IMG/VR virus record: IMGVR_UViG_3300025635_000081 | Location: 1-35,975 of that record | Direction: 5' to 3' (one strand) | From: a virus | Lineage: Duplodnaviria > Caudoviricetes | Length of the DNA: 35,975 nt | In this document: positions 1-7,461 of the stretch, piece by piece | Layout of the letters: each line of letters opens with the position of its first letter | How positions within the stretch are numbered: the stretch's first letter is position 1 | Position numbers and translations under genes: made by a program | The notes under the pieces: model-generated | The model's database searches: none | The model's input: the letters and a program-made list of their open reading frames with translations, nothing else | What the model was told of the DNA's origin: nothing

Positions 1-710
1 TTGGCACGCCCGCCCGCCTTGCGGACGCCTGCGCCCTCTTCGCGAGCCTGCTGGCGCTGACGCTCCATCTCGCGGCGCATGCGCTCCTGATCCGCAGCAG
101 AAGGCGTTTCGTTGGCGTCCTTCTGGGTCGAGTAGCCGCCGTTGTTGCGACCCGCGCGACCTTTCAGAAGCGCGTGGATCATCTTTCCTTCGCGACCACC
201 AATCTTCTGGCGCGAACTGGCAATCGCTTTGTCAACAGATTCCTTGCTGTAGGTCGGGCGAGAGACGTTTTCAGGCTTGTCGGTACGCATGCCTGCGGGC
301 GGCGGGGTCATCGGCATGTCGTCAGCCTTGCCGCCATCGGCCTTCTTCGCAACGCCGCCCTTTTTCATTCCACCAACATGCTTGATGCCCTCGCGCTCTT
401 CGTTGGCGTCCTTCACATTGCGATTGATCTTGGCGTTCATCCATTCCTTCGCTTCGGCCTTCTCGCTCTCGACCTTGCCGCCCTTCTTGCGCGGCTTGCG
501 ATCGGCGCGCGGCGCGCAGGCCTCGCCTTCGACCTTGCCGCCCGTCTTGTACGTGCGGCGCGAGACCGGGCGCATGCCCGTCTGGACGTCGGCGTTAAGC
601 GGCTCGGCGGGCGACCAGTCGCTGCTGTCCGTCTTGCTGTCCTTCTGCGAGGACATGGCCTTTGCCTTCGCCCTCATTTTGGCCCTGAGGCCCTTTGCCA
701 TCTCACTCAT
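1..710 (-). CDS. Basic, low-complexity putative internal virion protein with repeated xxxGG motifs (3' end runs off the window)
   Basis: Not in the ORF track because it has no stop in the window. ATG at 710 with GGAG upstream; reads MSEMAKGLRAKMRAKAKAMSSQKDSKTDSSDW...YKTGGKV...RKKGGKV...MKKGGVAKKADGGK...RNNGGY...RKAGGRA, open to position 1. Confidence 0.8.
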   Translation of the reverse strand, partial: MSEMAKGLRAKMRAKAKAMSSQKDSKTDSSDWSPAEPLNADVQTGMRPVSRRTYKTGGKVEGEACAPRADRKPRKKGGKVESEKAEAKEWMNAKINRNVKDANEEREGIKHVGGMKKGGVAKKADGGKADDMPMTPPPAGMRTDKPENVSRPTYSKESVDKAIASSRQKIGGREGKMIHALLKGRAGRNNGGYSTQKDANETPSAADQERMRREMERQRQQAREEGAGVRKAGGRA

Positions 711-760
711 TGCGCGCTCCTTGTAACGGGCGTCCCCGCTGCCACTTATGAAGGGGGTGA

Positions 761-2233
761 TTACATCCCGTGGCCCGGATGCATGTCCATATTACCATAA
801 ACCGCGCCGCCTCGCTCGTACCGGCGTTTGGTCGTCACAAGCTTATCATCGAAGACGACGTAGTTGCGGGAACCTTCGCCAGCAGAGCGAGAGGCTTGGT
901 CGAGGTATTTGATACCGGGGATGCCCAACTCTCTGAATAAATCAGTGGCTTTGGCATTTTGTTTGTCGATTTGAGAAACCGCGCGCCATAAGTCCTCCCC
1001 CTTTTGCGTCAATTGACGGTGGGGTGGATATTTTTCTGGATTACGCTCTTCGTCATCTAGTTTCTCTAAAAGATAACCAAGTTTTATTTTAGCTCGTTCT
1101 TCGCTCGGCTTAGAAAGTCTGTCGTATTCCTGCCAAAGCGGATGAGACGGTTCGTAATCAATAACTCTTCCGTTCTCAACCATGTCAGAATTTAATTTGT
1201 CCCAATTTGAATATGCATCTCTTACTTCTCTTTCACCGCCAAACTTGTTTAGAACATTTGACAATATATTTTTTTGATCTCTTAAAGGCTTGTCCCAATC
1301 AATAAAATGATCTGGATGAGCATTTATTTTGACTTCATACATATGGCCTTTATGAGGAACGGCTTGTGCAGATTTTGCAGCATACAGCTTTTCTAAATCA
1401 CGATTGATCTTGTCAGCATTTTCAGGCTGGGACTCCAGAAGGCCGGACGCCCTCTCTATTGCATTATCAATGTTTTTATACGCGGCGTTTCTAAGATTCA
1501 TATGTTCAAGATTGTAGGGATCAAATATTTCTCCAGCTGATGTCTTATATGTACCAGACGACAATTTGTCTCGATAGCCTAACGCGACAGGCTCTGCCTC
1601 TGCGAAATACAACCCATGACCATAAGATTGCGCACCTTCGCCAGTGCCGATCTTAGAAATGTCGAACTGATCAAACTCATGAGGCGACCCATGATAGGCC
1701 GTAATGCCTTGATCTTCGTCGTCCACCGTGCCGCCTTCGGCTTTGGTTATCTCAGGATTGTTGGGATCAAACGTGCCTTGATTGCCGGTGGCGGATTTGA
1801 TTTGCTCAGGATGAAATGCAACATACTCTTTTACTTTATCTTTTGTTCCATAATCGAGAACTACTCCGTCATAACCTGCATCAATTAATCGATTTCTAAA
1901 GTCATCAGCAGCGAACGGGTCTTCCATGAGGGCGTTCTTTATGGCCGTCTTGTGCTCCGGTGTTGCATAAAACGGGTTCTTCAACGCCAAATGAACCGGC
2001 ATGACATTCGGGGACTTGCCGGGTTTGATCATTGAATAACTGTTTGCCAGAGACGGGCTATTCGTGAAATAGAAACCGCGACCTAACCAGCCAGCGTCTT
2101 TTTTGTTGGCGCTGTGAAGTCGAAACTCAGAAAAGTCGTCTGCGGTGCCGTGGTACAGGCGAAGAGGATCGCCCGCCTCATCAACAGCATGACTGTCTCG
2201 TATAAAGGATCTGAGGTTCTCTTCACGCGACAT
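761..2233 (-). CDS. Polyvalent-type protein with two tandem ADP-ribosyltransferase-like (ART-PolyVal-like) domains
   Basis: Domain 1: LYHGT...GRGFYFT...GYDGV...EYVAFHPEQIKSATGNQGTFD. Domain 2: AYHGSPH.FDQF...GTGEGAQSYGHGLYFAE...GIPGIKYLD...NYVVFDD. ATG at 2233 overlaps the upstream stop (TGATG). Confidence 0.75.
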   Translation of the reverse strand: MSREENLRSFIRDSHAVDEAGDPLRLYHGTADDFSEFRLHSANKKDAGWLGRGFYFTNSPSLANSYSMIKPGKSPNVMPVHLALKNPFYATPEHKTAIKNALMEDPFAADDFRNRLIDAGYDGVVLDYGTKDKVKEYVAFHPEQIKSATGNQGTFDPNNPEITKAEGGTVDDEDQGITAYHGSPHEFDQFDISKIGTGEGAQSYGHGLYFAEAEPVALGYRDKLSSGTYKTSAGEIFDPYNLEHMNLRNAAYKNIDNAIERASGLLESQPENADKINRDLEKLYAAKSAQAVPHKGHMYEVKINAHPDHFIDWDKPLRDQKNILSNVLNKFGGEREVRDAYSNWDKLNSDMVENGRVIDYEPSHPLWQEYDRLSKPSEERAKIKLGYLLEKLDDEERNPEKYPPHRQLTQKGEDLWRAVSQIDKQNAKATDLFRELGIPGIKYLDQASRSAGEGSRNYVVFDDKLVTTKRRYERGGAVYGNMDMHPGHGM

Positions 2234-4035
2234 CACCGTTCTCCCGTGAAGAACGGATCACCTGCCTCCGAAGTGACGATGTGAATGCCGGGGACCTTGT
2301 GAGCGGGATGCGAGCCGAAGGCTACTTGACCTCGCCGCCCTCCTTCTTGTGCGGCTTTTGAAGATGACGAGGTAAATCCGCCTCGTGCTCGGCGGTCCAT
2401 TCCTTCGGAGGGTTCCCCATATGGGACAGCTCCAGATAGGTTTCCCGGTTCACCGGAACCTTGAGACGGTGCATCAGGCTGACCAGCGGATCCGTCTCTG
2501 TACCATGATGGCGGTCTGAGGCCATTGCTCGCTCCTGCGATTTCGAATGTCTGTTTGACTGCTTGGTCACGATTAATTCTCCCTGCACGATATTGATCCC
2601 AAATTTGATCGACCCTATCGACGTTTTTGCCTCTCTTGAACGTATCAGGGAACAGGCTCCTGACAGCTTCCCAAGTTATAGACTGCATTTGCCGGGGCAG
2701 CAATCCGCGCTCCTGAGCTGCCCGTCGATAAGCCTCGGCAAAGATCGGATAGGTTCCGCGAATGCCGGTCACATCAGAGCCGCCCGCGCCGGGCGTACCC
2801 TTGGGTGGGCTGGTGTCGAGATTGTGCGCAACTTCCAATGATGACCCGGACAACGGGCGCAGCAGCCCTGCCGCCACTGCATGCGTATCCATCGTAACGT
2901 CGCCGTGCTTTGAATAGGGCGAGATAATATTGTTATAGAAGTTGCGGACCTTGTGCTTCTCGCCCATGAGTTGTGACAACTCAGATGGATCCTGCGCCTC
3001 GACCGAGCGGATAGCCTTGGCAATCTCAACCAAGGAACCCCAGCCAGCGCCTTTATCCGTCCCGCTGTTGGTCTTCACGTTGTCAGCGAAGTCGCCTTCG
3101 GGCGTGATTATCTTGTGCGCTGGAGAATTGTGCGCCTCGTCATACAGGCGGATCCACATCGCCTTGGCCACAGCCTTCTCTTTCGGCGGCAGGGGCAGTT
3201 TGTCGAGATCGCCAAGAGACTTGCCAGAAAGCATCGCATAGACAGGCTTGTAGACATCTTTGTTCAGCGAATAGGGAACACCCTTATCGTTCACGCTGTT
3301 AAAGCGCGCGTCCATCTCCGGGCTGAACTTGAACTGATTGTAGAAGTCCTCATGCCCGTGCGGCTTGATCGCCAACTGGCCATTGCCGCGCAGAGCGTCA
3401 AGCACGCGCTCGGCGCGCGAAACGTTCGCGTACCAATCCGTCTGCGGCGACAAAGCGGCAATCGCACCGGCCACCGAGTAATTCGGTACGCCGTACTTCT
3501 GCGACCAATCATCGGAAATTCTGCGACCGCCGTCGTACCAGAGCTTGCTGCGATCCCGAATGTGTTCCGGAACTGCGTCGTGCAGTGTCAACAGGTTGTC
3601 TTTTACATGATTGATGAAGTGTTCCATTACTTCATCATCACTTGCGCCAACCATGCTTTCTGGCATGTTCTTGTAGGTACGGAGCACGTCGGCCTGCTTC
3701 GAATAGAGCTTAGGCGTACTGCGCAGCGTCTCCATGTCGACCTTGGGCCGGTCGTTCGGATCGCGCTTGCGCCCGGCCTTCTCAGCCAGCAGGCGCTGCG
3801 GAATCCAAGCCGGATGGTCTTCCAGCTCAAGTCCCATTGATGGCTGCGGGTTATCCTGAGCCGGTTTTGCCCGACCACCCTTGGCCATATGCTGCTGGTG
3901 CATCCCGTACACTTGGCCGGCAAGTTTGCGCCATTCATCCATCGCGTCATACAGCGGCGCGGTCTTTCCACCCTCCGCCCTGCGAGGACGCACTGACTGC
4001 ATGACCTGTTTGGCAAGGCGAACGGTGTAATCCAT
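2233..4035 (-). CDS. Putative virion effector with a probable HhH-GPD/glycosylase-like (DUF7178-like) domain
   Basis: Motifs WYD...AGAIAALSPQ.DW..N, KVRNFYNN, VTMDTHAV, MQSITWE. Start moved to ATG 4035 (MDYTVRLAK), just past the stop of the preceding gene. Confidence 0.6.
   Translation of the reverse strand: MDYTVRLAKQVMQSVRPRRAEGGKTAPLYDAMDEWRKLAGQVYGMHQQHMAKGGRAKPAQDNPQPSMGLELEDHPAWIPQRLLAEKAGRKRDPNDRPKVDMETLRSTPKLYSKQADVLRTYKNMPESMVGASDDEVMEHFINHVKDNLLTLHDAVPEHIRDRSKLWYDGGRRISDDWSQKYGVPNYSVAGAIAALSPQTDWYANVSRAERVLDALRGNGQLAIKPHGHEDFYNQFKFSPEMDARFNSVNDKGVPYSLNKDVYKPVYAMLSGKSLGDLDKLPLPPKEKAVAKAMWIRLYDEAHNSPAHKIITPEGDFADNVKTNSGTDKGAGWGSLVEIAKAIRSVEAQDPSELSQLMGEKHKVRNFYNNIISPYSKHGDVTMDTHAVAAGLLRPLSGSSLEVAHNLDTSPPKGTPGAGGSDVTGIRGTYPIFAEAYRRAAQERGLLPRQMQSITWEAVRSLFPDTFKRGKNVDRVDQIWDQYRAGRINRDQAVKQTFEIAGASNGLRPPSWYRDGSAGQPDAPSQGSGEPGNLSGAVPYGEPSEGMDRRARGGFTSSSSKAAQEGGRRGQVAFGSHPAHKVPGIHIVTSEAGDPFFTGER
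2322..2525 (-). CDS. Nested (overprinted) 67-aa protein inside the 3' end of the 2233-4035 gene
   Basis: AGGAG 6 nt before ATG 2525; MASDRHHGTETDPLVSLMHRLKVPVNRETYLELSHMGNPPKEWTAEHEADLPRHLQKPHKKEGGEVK is protein-like and ends in the xxxGG motif. Confidence 0.65.
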   Translation of the reverse strand: MASDRHHGTETDPLVSLMHRLKVPVNRETYLELSHMGNPPKEWTAEHEADLPRHLQKPHKKEGGEVK

Positions 4036-4036
4036 A

Positions 4037-4957
4037 TCAGCGTCCGTGAACGAGAAGGTGGTGGATGATCTCAAGCGCCTTATGGACGGGGTCCGGCTTC
4101 GGCGCACCCTTGGCCTTGATCGTGCCGCCATCAGCCTCTTGCTGACGCTCAGGCATGTTGGCCTGCATCAAGGCACTAGCACGAACAAAATCCGCTGCAC
4201 TGCCTGTTTCGTTGTAACGGGTCCAAGCGTCCCGCACTGCATTTGTGCGCGCGGCCATTGTTGCTTCTGCAGCTGGCGGCTGCGGTGCAAGGCTATCCGG
4301 GCGCTGAGGAGGTAGCGGCACGCCGGCAGCCTGACGCGCAACCTGAACGGCGCGAGCGGCGGGGGAAGGCGCAGGCATGCGATCATACCCGCCCACCGGC
4401 TGCCCCACAGGAGGTACTTCCCGCATGCGGTCGTAGCCGCCTACAGGCTCACCAATCGGACCTTCGCCTTGCGCAGATGTTTGAACCGGCGCTGCCGCAG
4501 CGGGTGGAACAACCGACGGGGCAGAAGCAGGAGCGGCTTGCGCGGGGGCATTATTGCCCATTATTAACCGGGCAATATCTATTGCCGGCGGCTCTTGTAC
4601 GTTAGCGGCCCGGCCAATCTGATCTTCAATATAACGCTGATAAAGCGGATGCTCTAAACGTCTTTCCGCCTCTCCCATTGCGGCTTCAGAAGCGCGAGCC
4701 CGTGAAATCGGATTAACTTGACGAGCACCATATCCCATCAAAGTCTGAAACCCGGGACGACGCGTCTGGATCTCCTGAAGACGCTGCTGATTGCGCGCTT
4801 GCGCAACAAGCCTTTCAATCTCGGCTCGTTGAACTGCTGCCAATTCTTCCGGGTCAAGCGGTCTCTCTACCATCTCCGGGCGAGTTGGCGTCAAGATACG
4901 CAACATTTCGCTTGTGACTTCAGGGCGATAAAAATAATAACGTGGATTATCAACCAT
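4037..4957 (-). CDS. Pro/Ala-rich hypothetical internal virion protein
   Basis: Coupled to the portal stop (TGATG); internal duplication PVGGYDRM x2; C-terminal EADGGTI...VHKALEII. Confidence 0.75.
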   Translation of the reverse strand: MVDNPRYYFYRPEVTSEMLRILTPTRPEMVERPLDPEELAAVQRAEIERLVAQARNQQRLQEIQTRRPGFQTLMGYGARQVNPISRARASEAAMGEAERRLEHPLYQRYIEDQIGRAANVQEPPAIDIARLIMGNNAPAQAAPASAPSVVPPAAAAPVQTSAQGEGPIGEPVGGYDRMREVPPVGQPVGGYDRMPAPSPAARAVQVARQAAGVPLPPQRPDSLAPQPPAAEATMAARTNAVRDAWTRYNETGSAADFVRASALMQANMPERQQEADGGTIKAKGAPKPDPVHKALEIIHHLLVHGR

Positions 4958-7239
4958 CACTGACCTCCCGGTCCTGCGGGCGGCATCAGGCCCGGTTGTG
5001 CTTCTTGCTCTGACCGCGCGATGTCTTCCATCGTCGGACGAATCAACGGATCAACGATCTCCGCGCTATAGGGATGCACGGCAAGGTTCTGCGCCAAATC
5101 CACAAGCTGAATACGCTCACGAGACGCGCGATCGGCTGCGCGGCTTTCAAGCTCGCGCTGCGCAATCTCCATCTCATTCTGCGCCTTCATCATATCAATC
5201 TGCGCCTTCATCATGTCGGTCTCGCCCTTCACCTGCGAGAGATGCTGGCGAGACTGAGCATCCATCATGGATGCGTTGGCCTTCATGCTGTCAGCTTGAG
5301 ACTTCGCTTGCTTCTCCAAAAGCTCGGGCGGCGGATTACCCATCGTCTGCGGAGGCACCATGAACTGCTGCGGGTTGCTCCAACCCATCGCCTGCAAGGC
5401 AGCCGTGTCGATGGCAATCGGGTCGTACATCGAGGGATTGCCCGCCTGCAATTGCTTCAGGCCCATGATCTTCATCATGCGCTGCGTTTGAGACGCCGTA
5501 TTCGGATCAGCCTGCGGCACTAGGTCGCAGTCATTCAAAGCCTGAAGGAACGTCTGCTGATCCCACTGATACGCAGGGCACCGATTACGTTGCCAGAAGG
5601 CTTCCGGGTTCTCCTTAAAACACTCAACCAGAAGCCTGAACTCCTCGGCCTGCGCCGCGTGCATGCGCTTGTGGACGCTGTTCAGGATTTTCGTCGCCTG
5701 ATCGATCAGCGCCAGCGTCGTGCCCACCGGGGCATCTGACTTGCCCTCACCGACAGCCATCTCAGCCGTGCCGCCCACGCGCTGGCCGGTCTCGGCCATG
5801 TTCTGCACAAGGTTCATCAGCGCGCCGCCCGGCTCCTTGTACGGCAGGGGCATGATGGCCTGATTGATCGGCAGGCCGCCCGTCTTCACAGGCGCACCGC
5901 CGCCCGGAGGCACGCGGAAGATGTTGGTATTCTGGCGCAGCCCGCTGTCGGCGATCAAGAAGCCGGGGAAGTTGGCAAACATGCCGGCGTCAAGCATCTC
6001 GCGCCATGCCGCCGTGATGGCATTCGTCGTGTTGCCCAGAATGTGCAGCAAGCCAATGTCGTAGAACCCAAGGCCCGGCACGAACGTGTATTTCACGAAG
6101 GTCTTGCGCGCTTCAGGCAGGGGGCTGGCGCACTCCTCGGTCGGTTCCTCGTAATTGCGCACGATGCTCAGAATCTCGCGCGAAGACACGTCGATCGTCA
6201 CGCGGTACGGGATCTCAAGCCCCGTCTCCTTGCCCTTGAACTTGTGCTCGAAGCCCCGAATATCCAGCTCGCAATAGCACTCGTAAATCTCGCGGTCGCG
6301 GTCCTCTGGCCGGAAACTACCCTGCGAAATGCCCTGCTGGTCCTTCTTGGCGCGCTGCGCGGCGTCTTCCTTGGCCTCCATCGGCGTCGTCAGGTCGATG
6401 TCGCGATAAACCCCAAGAATCTGAAGCCTCTTCACCGTCGAGGGCTTCATGAACACTCGATGCGTCACGCGCTTGGCGTTATCGAGGTCCGTGGCCGAAT
6501 TGTTTACAATCAAGTCATCGGCGTCGACCGTCTCGCTCACCGGCCTGTTGCGCAGCGGGCAGAAGTAAACCTTCTTGAACGCTGTCCCGCCGAACCCAAG
6601 CATAAACAGCATGCGGTCGGTATCAGGATAATACTCGCTCGCTGTCGTCGTGAGATAGTGATTCAGGTCGCGCTGCAGGGCATTGGCAAGCTGATCTTCC
6701 TGCAAATTCGCATTGTTATTGTCGTTGCGGATCTTTACCGGCCCATCTGTCGGCAGCAGCTCAGACCGGGCATTGGCTTGGAAACGGAGGACCGCCTCGA
6801 GAAGCAGCGGGTGGCGTACGCGAGACATTCCCTCCACCGGAGCCCCGTCAGGCGTTCCCCCGAGCCCCGGAATCTCAATTTTGAGACCCAAAAGCTTGAT
6901 CCCTTGCGCGCGATCATCAACCCACTCGGTACGCGACTGCACGTCGTCGTCGATGCCGTTCAGCAGCTCCTCGGCGATCCGGCTCAACTCGCCGCTGTCG
7001 ATGTCCTCGACAAGATTATCGTACCAGCCCTCCGGCCCGCGCTCGTCCCCGTCCCGCAGAGGCTTACCGTCAATCGAGATCGTGATCGACCCGTCGTCAT
7101 GCTCGATGCGCATGATTTCGCCGTTGTCGTTGGCCCTCTCCTTGTCCTCGCCGGGGATCAGTTGCACGACCGGCATAACGTCCAGTTCCTCTTGCGGGAT
7201 CTGGCGAATGTTCGGCACGAGGCCCGGCGTCATGGGCAT
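4957..7239 (-). CDS. Portal protein (podovirus/P22-like)
   Basis: 760 aa downstream of terL; HPLLLEAVLRFQANARSELLP, GTAFKKVY, GFYDIGLLH, VGTTLALI, and a coiled-coil C-terminal barrel. Confidence 0.9.
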   Translation of the reverse strand: MPMTPGLVPNIRQIPQEELDVMPVVQLIPGEDKERANDNGEIMRIEHDDGSITISIDGKPLRDGDERGPEGWYDNLVEDIDSGELSRIAEELLNGIDDDVQSRTEWVDDRAQGIKLLGLKIEIPGLGGTPDGAPVEGMSRVRHPLLLEAVLRFQANARSELLPTDGPVKIRNDNNNANLQEDQLANALQRDLNHYLTTTASEYYPDTDRMLFMLGFGGTAFKKVYFCPLRNRPVSETVDADDLIVNNSATDLDNAKRVTHRVFMKPSTVKRLQILGVYRDIDLTTPMEAKEDAAQRAKKDQQGISQGSFRPEDRDREIYECYCELDIRGFEHKFKGKETGLEIPYRVTIDVSSREILSIVRNYEEPTEECASPLPEARKTFVKYTFVPGLGFYDIGLLHILGNTTNAITAAWREMLDAGMFANFPGFLIADSGLRQNTNIFRVPPGGGAPVKTGGLPINQAIMPLPYKEPGGALMNLVQNMAETGQRVGGTAEMAVGEGKSDAPVGTTLALIDQATKILNSVHKRMHAAQAEEFRLLVECFKENPEAFWQRNRCPAYQWDQQTFLQALNDCDLVPQADPNTASQTQRMMKIMGLKQLQAGNPSMYDPIAIDTAALQAMGWSNPQQFMVPPQTMGNPPPELLEKQAKSQADSMKANASMMDAQSRQHLSQVKGETDMMKAQIDMMKAQNEMEIAQRELESRAADRASRERIQLVDLAQNLAVHPYSAEIVDPLIRPTMEDIARSEQEAQPGLMPPAGPGGQ

Positions 7240-7241
7240 GG

Positions 7242-7454
7242 TCAGCCTTTCTCAGCAATCAAAGCTTCGATCTCTTCGACAAAGCGCCGAAGGCCCTCCT
7301 GAGCGGCCATTGTATCAGATGCCGCCTGAATAGTGTAGATGCGGACGAAGTCGTGGGGCTCCTTGCCCCAAACCTCAACCCGAAAACGCCCGAGGCGCAC
7401 CGGCGTGGCGGCCAGTTCAACGTCGACAGTGGCGTTGGCGAGTATGCGAGACAT
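7242..7454 (-). CDS. Hypothetical protein between terL and portal
   Basis: 70-aa ORF with GAGG RBS, tightly packed in the operon. Confidence 0.7.
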   Translation of the reverse strand: MSRILANATVDVELAATPVRLGRFRVEVWGKEPHDFVRIYTIQAASDTMAAQEGLRRFVEEIEALIAEKG

Positions 7455-7461
7455 GATTTCC

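Noticed and set aside
174-800. Plus-strand ORFs 174..800 and 277..726
   Set aside because: Antisense shadows of the minus-strand gene starting at 710, which has an RBS and the shared motif.
6043-7333. Long plus-strand ORFs (419 and 206 aa)
   Set aside because: Shadows of the portal gene in GC-rich DNA; no recognisable motifs.
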